A stretch of 63,995 nucleotides of DNA, filler included, from Stramenopiles sp. TOSAG23-2 (GCA_900128395.1; 7 parts of 7 records of this genome joined end to end with filler, not necessarily neighbours in it), one strand, 5' to 3'. Positions 9,762-20,385 are shown, counted from the first letter of the whole stretch. Numbers and translations are program-made. Notes: generated by a model from the letters alone, not told the origin.

Positions 9762-12700
9762 TCACTGTGATAATTGCTTGAATACCATCCCTGAATTATC
9801 AAATTTTTGTACTCGTTTCCATCCCAGATCACCAACTAAGCATCGTTCTTGTAAAGCAGCTCGTGCTTCCCAATTTGGTGCACATCCTTTGTCTGCTCCA
9901 GAGTAATATTGCAAAGCAATTCTCCCTTTAAATGGTATACCTTTTGTTGTTTGGGATGGATCTTCATTTTCTTCTGTCCATCCAAGTGGTAATTCCCATC
10001 CTGCAAATGATTCATCATCCACCCTGGCTTCACGAATGTTCCAACGCCAATACTGTTCATCTTGCCAATTTTCACCATCTTCCTTGATAGCTAAGTATAC
10101 TAACATTTGTGCCATTTGTCTATCCTCATACATACCTAAATTTAAATTGAAATATCGATCTGGGAAAGACGGGTTAAATATTGCCAACCATCCTAAAGCT
10201 TTAATAGCTGCTTCCTCAACATCTGTTTCAAATTCTTCTAAAACGGTGTGAAAACGTTCAAGGTCCGCTAATCTACCAAATAATTTTTGCATCACTTGTA
10301 CACGCAATTCTGGGTATGTCGATGGAAATAATTTTACTGTCAATATCAATTGAGAACATGTTATATATGAATAACTAATTGTTTCATGAAACGGATAGAG
10401 TAATTTTTCTTTAATTCCTTCTATTTCTTTTTGCCTTTGTTTCTCTTCCTCTGTCATTGAAACTCGCTTGCTTAATTTAACATAATCCGTTAATGTCTTC
10501 TCCGCATCGTTGCTCACTTCTGGTTCTCCATCTTCCATTTTATTTTCTTCATCATGTTCTTCTTCTTCCTCATCATCACTATTGTCTTGATTTTCAGGTT
10601 GCATGTAATAATACAACCTCATAAATTGATCCAATGTTTCATCCAATGGTAATTTACCATCTCCAGCTTTTGATAACCCTTGTAAGTATTCACTGCAATC
10701 ATCTAAATGAGACAATAACTCTTCATGTTCATCGCATGCATCGTTAAAAACGCGCTCCATATATTCTATGGCTTTATTAGCATCAACCATGACGCCGTCA
10801 CTTGTGTCCAAGTCGTCAATACTAATTTCATTGTCACCCATCAATTTGTTGTAAATTTGAATCAAAAATGCAAATGCTTCTTGGGAAGTAAAAGTAGTCA
10901 TGCCTTCGTGTATATAGCTGGAAAGTGCAGATGCTAAGGTTCCGAACCAACGAATGAATGAATTTGCTTCTTGGTATAAATTTACATGTTCCATCAATAC
11001 CGCTTTTTCAAGAACATTTTCAGAACCTTCTTCTTCGGCTTCATCTATATAATCATCAATAACGTCGTGCATAGATACTTGGAATCGTTTCTCAAATAAC
11101 CCCCCCCCTTCTTTCAATTCCTCTCCATGTTCGTCTTCAATAATATTCCAATACTCCCTGGCACGATCATATATGCAATGTATCAATTTCACTATTTTTT
11201 TCACATCCACATTTTTTTCTTCTTCTTCTGTATGCAATTTCCTCTTTTGTTCAGCAATTTGTAAAGCACGTCTTCGTCCAATTTTCCCTCGAATAATTCT
11301 TCCAATTTTAAAAGCAGCCCATTCTTCATCGCTCAGGATACCAAGATCTCGTAATATTCTTTGATATTGCTTGTGACTGCAAGTTTTTGTTTTTTTATCG
11401 GTTGTCTGTTTTCGTGGTTGGGTATAATCAAATACTAATAATCCACGAGTTGGGATTTCTTTTTGAAATAATTTTGCAAGCGGCCTTTGTGGTGGAATAA
11501 TAGGGACCTCGTTATATACAACATTTCTAAAATTTTGATAATCACCATATTGTGAAATATCTCTACGTTTGCAAACTTCTATTTCTTTTGAATATTTTAT
11601 GTCTAATTCATTGATCTCTAATAATTTTTCTAAAATGACCCTATCGTATTTCTTTGCCAAATCTAATTGATAGTGATCTCCTGGATTATCTGCGATAAAA
11701 TAATACAATTGCCCGATAACTGCTTTGACCTCTTTTAGGATTTTATTATCTAAATCTGTATAAAAGAAATGCAAGTTCTCTGGATCAACTACGCGCTGCG
11801 TTAACTCGATAACAGCGCCGACTTTTAAATCCATTTTTTTAGTCGGGATTGCGGTTTGAATTCGAATTAGTTGTTCGCAGGTAAAATACATATCGCAACA
11901 TGTTAATTCGATCATTACCATTTTTTCACGGTCGCTAGCAGCTTCATTCAAGATAACGTCTAATAAATTGTCTAATGCACGTGGCTTCAAGGCATTTCCC
12001 AACGATGGCCTGCACGGTACATAGTCTACATCAAACGTAATGACCCCTTCTTCGTATCCACCCCAATCTTCGCCATTGACTTGCAATTGTCCAATACTTG
12101 TTCCTTTCTCTTTCGTGCTAAGGACCTTACGATAAACTTCTAATGGTTTTGTATGTATTCCTACTTCAGGCGAATATTGGACATTTATTAATGATACACC
12201 TCCATGTCGGTTTGCTTTTCTAATTATGTCACATAACACTGCTTGTTCATATGGATTGTTCGTTAATACAAATTCATAACTACTTTGTAACTCGTTTGGA
12301 TCAAAAGAATTGCCATCATGTACTTCCATATTAATATTCTTCATGGAAAGTTTAGTATCTTCCTCCCCATTACCATACAACCTCAACATAGATCGCGTGC
12401 CATTTAAACCTAATGGATTTTCATCTAATATTAAATCTAATAAACTTTCGTTATCATCTAAACCATTTGCTAATACAATAGTAGGTCTTGAATTGATTTT
12501 ATTTGCTGTAAGATCTAAATATTCTAAACATTTATTTGTTTCTAAAGAATCTGCTAAAAACTCAGTTCCTTTGTCATAGAAAGCATTGTATCCTAAATTT
12601 AACCATTTCAATGTATCATTTTTTCCAATGGCTTTACCAATTGCAACAGCGCCATCATCCCGAATATAATTCCATGATATATCTAACATTCGTAACGACG

Positions 12701-14132
12701 TATTTTCTTCTAACATTTCACCAATTGATATCCCACCTTTTTGTTCAATTTTATTTCCAGAAAGATTTAAATCCGTTATTGAATTATTTGATTTTAAAGT
12801 ATGGCATATTAATTTCGCTTGTCGACATCGTATATCTGTTCCTTGCAAATGCAATACTGTTAACGTATTTAATTTTTGGAGTTTTAATGCCAGTGCTTTT
12901 ATGGTGTGATGGTTCACTTTATTTTTTCCTGCGTATATTTTTTCAACGCCTTGTTCCGGCTTTATATTTGAAAACAATGTTACAAGACTTTGAGCATTTA
13001 ATCTATTGTTTTCGACATTGATTTCAACTACCTTTTTCATGACTTTTAAGCAATTTCCTACTTTTCTAGCGCGTACATCACCTAAACCGTAATGTGGCAA
13101 TACGATAGAAGTAGGATTACGTGATGACTTCATAAATAAACGTTCCGGCAATGGTTTTGGTTTTGGTAATTTACCAATTACACTATCGACATATTGAAAT
13201 TCTTCATTATCAGCCCGAGCTTGCAATTCATCTTCGTAATGATGTTTCTCTAATCTAGTTTCGTGAGTCAAATAATATCGTGGACTTTTCTTAATTTTTG
13301 GAACAGTATGTACATATTTAATTTTTCGTTTATAATGTTTATGAATTCTATCATGATCAGCGTGAAACATCGAGGAATGTACATATTTTAAATCTGGGTT
13401 TAAGTCCAGAAATTCTTCGGTTCCATCGTCTAGCTCTACGTCTTCAAATTTATTTAATGCTTTTATTGAATCCATATCATGATGATTAACTTCAACGGGT
13501 GGTAAATATCCATAATTTGGTGCTGTTTTATCCTCTTGTTTCATACGGTCAACAACGTCTTGAAAAAATTCATTTTTTACATCTTCCTTTAGTTTAATTA
13601 TTGTCGCTTCTTTTTCCACATTCATGTCGTTGAATCCTGTATCGTCATCCAATTTTTGCCTACTAAGCCGTTCTAAAGACCTTGCCATTTTTATTTCCTT
13701 ATCTATTTCCATTCGTTTAAGCGCAGCAAAATATTTATCCCGATCTGATTTTGTACCATGTTTAGGCTTAATATGACCAGCTGAAAAACTACCTTTTGTT
13801 GGTAGTGGCATTGGTCCAATCCATCTATCCCAGTAACTACCATCTCCATCGCCAAATCTAGATGCTGCGCCAGGCCTTTTGGCTGGATTTAAAAATGAAT
13901 TATTTCCCCCTCTAACCTCTGTTGCAATGAAGTGGTTTCTGGCTTTAATAAAGTCTTTTTTTCTTGCTTCATTCTCTGCAGTATTTTGATATCGTTCTAT
14001 AACTACGGTTGGGTCACTATTATCATCTAATTTGCCAGTTATATCTTCCTTCGTTAGTTCTTTCGGTGGTGGGGATGGCACTGATTCTAAATCATCATTA
14101 TCCTCAGCATTACTTTCTTCAACATCACTCAT
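9762..14132 (-). CDS. Large RNI-like leucine-rich-repeat protein with an IQ-like motif and two DUF4476-like repeats
   Basis: Intact 1456-aa ORF; LxxLxLxxNxI repeats at aa ~365-575; IGRIIRGKIGRRR; duplicated (F/I)TCxQL..R(V/L)xD..NP..Y module. Confidence 0.85.
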   Translation of the reverse strand: MSDVEESNAEDNDDLESVPSPPPKELTKEDITGKLDDNSDPTVVIERYQNTAENEARKKDFIKARNHFIATEVRGGNNSFLNPAKRPGAASRFGDGDGSYWDRWIGPMPLPTKGSFSAGHIKPKHGTKSDRDKYFAALKRMEIDKEIKMARSLERLSRQKLDDDTGFNDMNVEKEATIIKLKEDVKNEFFQDVVDRMKQEDKTAPNYGYLPPVEVNHHDMDSIKALNKFEDVELDDGTEEFLDLNPDLKYVHSSMFHADHDRIHKHYKRKIKYVHTVPKIKKSPRYYLTHETRLEKHHYEDELQARADNEEFQYVDSVIGKLPKPKPLPERLFMKSSRNPTSIVLPHYGLGDVRARKVGNCLKVMKKVVEINVENNRLNAQSLVTLFSNIKPEQGVEKIYAGKNKVNHHTIKALALKLQKLNTLTVLHLQGTDIRCRQAKLICHTLKSNNSITDLNLSGNKIEQKGGISIGEMLEENTSLRMLDISWNYIRDDGAVAIGKAIGKNDTLKWLNLGYNAFYDKGTEFLADSLETNKCLEYLDLTANKINSRPTIVLANGLDDNESLLDLILDENPLGLNGTRSMLRLYGNGEEDTKLSMKNINMEVHDGNSFDPNELQSSYEFVLTNNPYEQAVLCDIIRKANRHGGVSLINVQYSPEVGIHTKPLEVYRKVLSTKEKGTSIGQLQVNGEDWGGYEEGVITFDVDYVPCRPSLGNALKPRALDNLLDVILNEAASDREKMVMIELTCCDMYFTCEQLIRIQTAIPTKKMDLKVGAVIELTQRVVDPENLHFFYTDLDNKILKEVKAVIGQLYYFIADNPGDHYQLDLAKKYDRVILEKLLEINELDIKYSKEIEVCKRRDISQYGDYQNFRNVVYNEVPIIPPQRPLAKLFQKEIPTRGLLVFDYTQPRKQTTDKKTKTCSHKQYQRILRDLGILSDEEWAAFKIGRIIRGKIGRRRALQIAEQKRKLHTEEEEKNVDVKKIVKLIHCIYDRAREYWNIIEDEHGEELKEGGGLFEKRFQVSMHDVIDDYIDEAEEEGSENVLEKAVLMEHVNLYQEANSFIRWFGTLASALSSYIHEGMTTFTSQEAFAFLIQIYNKLMGDNEISIDDLDTSDGVMVDANKAIEYMERVFNDACDEHEELLSHLDDCSEYLQGLSKAGDGKLPLDETLDQFMRLYYYMQPENQDNSDDEEEEEHDEENKMEDGEPEVSNDAEKTLTDYVKLSKRVSMTEEEKQRQKEIEGIKEKLLYPFHETISYSYITCSQLILTVKLFPSTYPELRVQVMQKLFGRLADLERFHTVLEEFETDVEEAAIKALGWLAIFNPSFPDRYFNLNLGMYEDRQMAQMLVYLAIKEDGENWQDEQYWRWNIREARVDDESFAGWELPLGWTEENEDPSQTTKGIPFKGRIALQYYSGADKGCAPNWEARAALQERCLVGDLGWKRVQKFDNSGMVFKQLSQ

Positions 14133-14725
14133 GTTTCGTTTAATTAAAATATTATGTTTTACAGTATATGTGTGTATAAATATGTATATAGTATGTATTG
14201 ATTTTGTTATTACAAATAATATAAATATAAGTAGTCTATGTATTTACGTGTTTATTTATTTAACGTATAATAATAATTAATTGCAATAAGTAATCTTCTT
14301 TGACGCTTATTTTTATAATATCAACGAAATTTAACGAAATTAAAATGTATGAACAAGGCATAAATGGAATTAATTTTGTAGATAGCATTATTTCGGGTAC
14401 GTGTAGTAAAAACAAGTATTATGAGTCAATAGTTAGTATAAACCTTCAACGAGATAATAATAAACCTATACAAAAAAAAAGGCTGGGTGTCGGAGGAGGA
14501 AGCTTAGACAAAAGTAGGTGCACAGCATTCTTATACCTCGATATTAAACAGCACTACACATCAGGACGTAGATCACAAAAGCAGATACATGTGCGGACAA
14601 CTATGTAGACCCAATGGGCAGTGGAAAACGAAATAGATAGGTATAATCCCAATATTCTTGTACTCAGAGTCTAGTGTCCCAGTCCGTGTACCACTTGTTT
14701 CTGTTACCACAGCACACCATCGCTT

Positions 14726-14869
14726 AAATAATAAGAACATATCATTAAGTGGGACACGCCCTTGTGTCCATGCTAATTTTAAAATAAATAGTAGGCACAT
14801 ATCAAGGTGGGTGGTACACGCCCTTGTGTGCATGTTAAAATAGCATGAACACAAGGGCGTGTCCCACTT
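14726..14869. repeat. Nested direct + inverted repeat (core GGACACGCCCTTGTGT)
   Basis: Arms 14747-14782 and 14835-14869 are near-perfect reverse complements; a third, direct copy lies at ~14811-14834. Confidence 0.85.
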
Positions 14870-15387
14870 TTTTTCGAAAATGTTGGGACACCAAAACCGG
14901 TGGAAAACGAAATCTAGTACAAAAAAAAGTAATTTAAAAGTAGTAAAAAAACCTATCAAACACAATGCCAAAAATCATTTTTGATTTTGACACCACGGAT
15001 TTCAGTATACTAAACACTAGTAAATTAACCTATTATAAATTGCCCATCTTTATCTAGTTACAATGAGGGTTTCTATTTCCAGTAAAATGCGGAGATTTTT
15101 AGATTATTTAGCATTGGAATAGCATGAGTACGAGAAAAAATAATGAAGTTTGCAGTAGTATTTCCATACTAGCGTTTTGCTTTATTGCAGTTTTCTCAAA
15201 TTCAAATACCATATTGAAATTTGAACCCAAAAATTAAAAGGATAAAAATATATATATATTTTAAATTAATTATGTTGTATTTCAAATTATATTGCTCCAT
15301 ACTCTCAAGAAATACTTCATACCTCTGGAACATTACAACCATAATATCAAAAATGCGCAGCAGTGATATTCTTTATTACTTGAACCC

Positions 15388-15645
15388 CTACTCATTTAAA
15401 TTATTACGTGCTTCTAATATGGCATCAATAGCAGCTTTTTTACGTTTTGTTCCACGGCTATAAACTATTTTGGTTGCAGGTATGTCCCCTTTCTTTTTTA
15501 AAAAGTCTACGTATTCAGATGCTTCCCGACGGCTAAGATTGTTAATGTCATTAACATCTATTGGCCAATCCTTTTTGGAATTGTCAACATTAACCTGTCC
15601 TTTTAAGGGTTTTTCCAAATATCGTGTAAATATGTTAATATGCAA
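15388..15645 (-). other. Orphan coding-like segment (exon or element remnant)
   Basis: 85-codon frame with protein-like composition, starting at TTG, within a 2-kb repeat-containing intergenic region. Confidence 0.3.
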
Positions 15646-16239
15646 TGGTGCACGTAGTTGTAATTTTCTATTTATTCATTTTTTTTTCAAAAAACTGAAA
15701 AAATTGATCATCGTTTTCAATTTTACCAAAAATCTATAAAATCGGATATTTTATTTGAATGATTCTTTCAACAATGGATTTTTTGTAACAATGTAAGATT
15801 ACAAGGCAATTACTACAGTGAAAAATGATAAATTTTAAGTGTTTTTGAGTAAAAAAACACAAAATTTCATAAATACAAAAACATTAAACGATGCTATTTA
15901 CATGCTAATTTTCTTCTTTTTTCTCTTTTTTCCTTTCCTCTTTTTCTTTCCCCTTATTTCGTTTTCCACACGCCTTCGGCGTGTCTCCTTTCCCCTTTTC
16001 CACATATAATGCAGCCCCTATGTCAAAATCGTCGTTTTTGAAAAACACATGATGTGCTGAGCTTAAGCTGTGGCTGACCAGCTGATGACAAGCGCTAAAG
16101 TTAAAGTGGTGCAGACAAAAATAATAAAATGAATTTTATATCATCCCTAAACACAATGTATAGACGAATATAAACGAGGAACAATACAGAACAATAAGAT
16201 AACAAAAATAAAACATTGTAACAGGTATAGGAAACAAAG

Positions 16240-16881
16240 ATGGGTAGAAGAAGAAAGAAACAAAAGAAAGTTGTTACGAAGAAAAAGGTATTTTTAGCTA
16301 CGAAATTTCGTTGTCCTTTTTGTAATCATGATGGTTCGGTCGAATGTAAAATGTAAGTAAAAATTATTTTATATCTATATATATATTCTCGCACACAATA
16401 TGATAGCTGGCTTAATGTATATTAATCTTTAAATCAGAGAACACGTGTGCAATATTAACGAGTACGCTTATGGGTGGGTTGACTTCAATAAACAACCTGA
16501 AGATCAATCCAATGGTGTCTCAACATATAATTTTCGTTTTGTTTTTATACGAATGATTTTTATTGTTTTTTTTTTTTTAAATATTCCAAAAACTATACTA
16601 ATATTTCTAAATCTTTTTTAACTAACTGTTTTACTTTTATTTTGAAAAAAATATATAGGGATAGGAAGAATAAAACAGCAACTTTGAAATGTAGAATATG
16701 TGCACAAGGTTTTGAATTAAGTCCTATTAATTATCTTATGCAACCAATAGATGTATTTTGTTCATGGATTGATGAACTGGAAGAATCACAACGTGGTGGT
16801 GCAGGTATTAATGCGGATACTAGTGAAGACGATGATGATGATTTAATAGGAACACATGGAAGAACAGATATACTTGCATAA
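16240..16881 (+). CDS. ELF1: Transcription elongation factor Elf1/ELOF1; 2 exons (16240-16352, 16659-16881)
   Basis: Spliced product MGRRRKK..FRCPFCNHDGSVECKMDRKNKTATLKCRIC..PIDVFCSWID; intron 16353-16658 GTAAGT..ACTAAC..TAG. Exon 1 is not in the ORF track. Confidence 0.96.
16391..16528 (+). ncRNA. Intronic box H/ACA snoRNA, snR10/SNORA21-like
   Basis: Hairpin 1 GCACAC(16391)..GTGTGC(16450); H box ATATTA 16452-16457; hairpin 2 16460-16521; ACA 16523-16525 followed by 3 nt. Pocket TGGGTG/CAAT is complementary to LSU rRNA AUUG-UU-CACCCA. Confidence 0.8.
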
Positions 16882-17411
16882 TATATAAATATATACTTGT
16901 ATATATCGGTACATCATATAATATCAGAAATTTCATGGAAATAACATTGGTGGTGGATTGAATTGAATTTTAAATATGATTCATAATCTTTGTTGTCAAT
17001 TGGTGATGTAGAAATTCGTTTAAAATAATGCACAGTGGTGTACTGGATTACCACCAACTTTCTTCATTTTTAAATATATATTCATATCATACTAATAATT
17101 ATTAAAGCTTATTTATTTTCTATATTGTTGTCATAAATTTGTATCTCGTTAGCACTGAATAGCATTAATATATCGTCTAGGACCTATAGATTAAGCCGCA
17201 CCATCATATAAATTTGTTCTGTCCTTTCGTACACATCTCGTCGCTGTCTAATTAATTTTCTATCTGTTATGTCTGTTTTTCCTGAGTGGTTCGTGTAGCA
17301 TGCGAATATCATTATAGGGCAACGAAATACACATCATCTATTCCATAGGCATGAAATTTGCATTTTTTATTTCTATTTTTATATTTATATGCACATATAT
17401 ATTAATATATC

Positions 17412-17460
17412 CGGGAGTAAAAGAAATTTAGATAATATATATGTGAGTAAAAGAAAATTA
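17412..17460 (+). repeat. Dispersed ~50-bp element, copy 1
   Basis: CGGGAGTAAAAGAAATTT..ATAAT..TGAGTAAAAGAAAATTA; related copies at 35478, 40812 and 46059. Confidence 0.7.
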
Positions 17461-17546
17461 TATATATACATGTGCAGATCACGGATTATTACTTGTATAT
17501 ATATATATATATATAAATGGACTTAATAATATATACCAATTTATAT

Positions 17547-17661
17547 CATACCATTTGTACCACATTCTAAAATATTATATATAAAGGTATAGGATACAAT
17601 TACATACCATTTGTACCACATTCTGAAATATTATATATAAAGGTATAGGATACAATTACAT
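17547..17661. repeat. 56-bp tandem duplication (1 mismatch)
   Basis: CATACCATTTGTACCACATTCT..GGATACAATTA at 17547 and 17603. Confidence 0.95.
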
Positions 17662-17704
17662 TTCATTTTAAAACAAATTCGTATATATATACTACAAAAA
17701 CAAA

Positions 17705-18610
17705 ATGGCATTGGCAATATCACCAATCAAAACACCCGCTAATTCGAAAATAATACATCCAAAATTTTCACCAAAGTCTTTTGAAAATATATTATCAATT
17801 GGAACTGGTCATGGTGAACAATTAATGCGTGCAGGTAGAAAAGGTTTTGCACGATCAAGATCAGACATGCATTTACCAAATAGACTTGGCAATAAAAACA
17901 AACATATATATGCAAAAAACATTTTAAATGTGAATCAACCTCCTACAAGAAGTTTAGGAAAGCGAGTGACAGATGTAACAAAAGGTGGTACTAACGATAG
18001 TGTTGATCAATTGTTTTATTCATCACAATCATCCCCTTCATTACATCATCCGATACAACAACAACAACCTCAAATAAATGATGGAAAAGGTAAATTTGCA
18101 TATTCATCTGATAAATACTACAATAAAAATCATTTTAAACGGAAAGATTCTTTTCAAAAATCATGTTTACATAATATAGCATCCAGGGAACCGAATCGTG
18201 CGTTTTTTAAGCATGATTATGCAACATCAAAACACAATAATATGGCAAAACGAGGTTTGCGTAATTTTGACAAATTAGGTTTTGGCGAGTCCTACGTCTC
18301 AAAATATGATAGAAAATATGAATTGACATGTCAAGATGTTATATTTATGAAAAATGTCGATCGAAGCAGTGATTATCCAAAAAAGAAACGATGGGATCCA
18401 AATGAGGAAGGAAAGAAATTTTATTTACCAAGTAACGATGTCTTGCAAACCGATGCATATGCAGGCAAAATGTGGATGATGGGAGGGCAAGGCAATAAAT
18501 TAAGCAGAAGTGATGGAATTGATATGTCCCTTGGATTAATCACAACTCCAAATGATTTAAAAAATTTAAAAGTTAAACGTCAAACTTTAATGCCAACTCG
18601 GAAACGGTGA
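17705..18610 (+). CDS. Hypothetical basic protein
   Basis: 301-aa ATG ORF with A-rich start context; no recognised domain. Confidence 0.75.
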   Translation: MALAISPIKTPANSKIIHPKFSPKSFENILSIGTGHGEQLMRAGRKGFARSRSDMHLPNRLGNKNKHIYAKNILNVNQPPTRSLGKRVTDVTKGGTNDSVDQLFYSSQSSPSLHHPIQQQQPQINDGKGKFAYSSDKYYNKNHFKRKDSFQKSCLHNIASREPNRAFFKHDYATSKHNNMAKRGLRNFDKLGFGESYVSKYDRKYELTCQDVIFMKNVDRSSDYPKKKRWDPNEEGKKFYLPSNDVLQTDAYAGKMWMMGGQGNKLSRSDGIDMSLGLITTPNDLKNLKVKRQTLMPTRKR

Positions 18611-18892
18611 AGAGAGAGCGGGGGATTTATTTAAAAAATTATTAAAATAAATATTTGTATGGCATAACAGAGAGAAAAAGATTTATTTTTTGTTACGAAA
18701 GTAAAATACTCTTCATCTGATTTAAAAACATTACATACGAATCGTATCTCATGTTAATCACAATATCAAATATCTGAGTGCATATATATGATTTTACTAA
18801 AAAATTTATGAAAATATTGTTTTATAGTTTTTGATTAAATGTGTGTGCGTGTAGTGTACATATTTTAAAATCAAACACATAATACACCGTGT

Positions 18893-18930
<38 letters not shown>

Positions 18931-19056
18931 CTTCGTCGCATCATACACATTTTAAAATCAATTTTCTTTTATTATTTCAAAAATATTATTTCTGTACAAC
19001 ACACTTTTCTTATTATTAAATATATATAATGTCGATTATCCTTTCTTTTTCCTCAT

Positions 19057-20385
19057 TTACATCTTTTCCTTTACAAAACGATCAAATGCAGTTGAATCCC
19101 ATGTTGCAACTTTTGTTTTTGCATTATAAAAATATGGAATTCCAGTTTTCAATGCAATTGCTTTGATCCAATTTCCTTGCACTTCAACTGCTTCTGTTCT
19201 TACATTAGTTACAGATGGTGGTTTAACTTCATTTTTTCCATCTCTTAAATCGGTAGGATAGATATACTTATCCCCCATTCCTTTTCTTATACCACCACGT
19301 TTTGTTCTTTTCTTTGTATTTTCAATTTTTATTAATCGCATGACATCATCATCTGTTCTTGCACGTGTTGTTGTTTTACTAAAACTATTGTATGTCACTC
19401 CATCTTCAATTGCATGTCTTTTATCATATCGTATATGTTCATCATGCGTTACTTTCATGTTTGGTTGATTACCAGTCGGTTGTTTGTAAATGCCACCAAC
19501 GGATCGAATTTTCTCTGATTTTTCATTTGCACCTAATTGCTTCAATATACCATCACATCGTTGACATCGTAATCGAAAATAATTACTTGGTTGTTCATGA
19601 CCACAACGTCGACAAACTATATCAACACTAATTTTCATACCATTGCCTAATATCATACAACGTACTTTTGTCATTGTACCAACAGCTCTACCTGACATTC
19701 CATGCCGTGAGCCTGGCCCTAAACCAGGATCGCGCACTTTTAAACCACCCACATCTCTCATTCTTGCCGTGCCACTAACAAATGTTTTTTGATGTTTTAA
19801 ACTTTGTGTCATAGGTGACATCTTCACTATTGTCTTTGGTGCAGATATTGTAAGTTGAAATTCTGGTCGTTCGTCATCTCCTTCAACTATATCGTTATTA
19901 CTATTATTATTTCTCAATTGATTTACATTTACTATTTGAAAATTATCATCTGCTAAATCACTATCTTGATTTGCACTATGTGTGATCATTAAACCAGTGA
20001 CAGTTTTTGTCTTTTCGACAACCATATTTTTATCATTTAACGCAAGAACTTTTTGTACTTTTAACTTTTTTTTATTACTATTATTATCATTATTATTTAT
20101 TGCCATAAATAAATCACGATCAACTTTTTGTAATGGACCATCACAATTTTGGCAACGACAACGATAATAATTATGTGGTTGCTCATGGCCACATCTACGG
20201 CATATTATATCAACAACAACGTGTGAACCATCTCCTAATACCATATCACGTGCTTTTTTCATGGTACCTACACCTTTTCCACTCATTCCATGTCGTTGTC
20301 CAGGTCCTAAACCTGAACTCCGTGAAAACAAACCACCTAAACCATTCTTTCTTGAAAACCCATATGTATGGCCTTGATAACTCAT
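19057..20385 (-). CDS. Protein with two copies of a Gly-rich + C4 zinc-ribbon module and a C-terminal WW domain
   Basis: GLGPGxRHGMSG..VDIxCRRCGHEQPxNY..CQxCDG occurs twice; WW domain WIKAIALKTGIPYFYNAKTKVATW. Confidence 0.85.
   Translation of the reverse strand: MSYQGHTYGFSRKNGLGGLFSRSSGLGPGQRHGMSGKGVGTMKKARDMVLGDGSHVVVDIICRRCGHEQPHNYYRCRCQNCDGPLQKVDRDLFMAINNNDNNSNKKKLKVQKVLALNDKNMVVEKTKTVTGLMITHSANQDSDLADDNFQIVNVNQLRNNNSNNDIVEGDDERPEFQLTISAPKTIVKMSPMTQSLKHQKTFVSGTARMRDVGGLKVRDPGLGPGSRHGMSGRAVGTMTKVRCMILGNGMKISVDIVCRRCGHEQPSNYFRLRCQRCDGILKQLGANEKSEKIRSVGGIYKQPTGNQPNMKVTHDEHIRYDKRHAIEDGVTYNSFSKTTTRARTDDDVMRLIKIENTKKRTKRGGIRKGMGDKYIYPTDLRDGKNEVKPPSVTNVRTEAVEVQGNWIKAIALKTGIPYFYNAKTKVATWDSTAFDRFVKEKM

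Noticed and set aside
16048-16087. ATGATG..CTGA as a possible C/D snoRNA
   Set aside because: Only ~40 nt, imperfect C box, no identifiable guide.
18895-18929. (CA)n, (TA)n, (GATA)n microsatellites and AAT/poly-Asn runs
   Set aside because: Ordinary simple repeats for an AT-rich protist genome.
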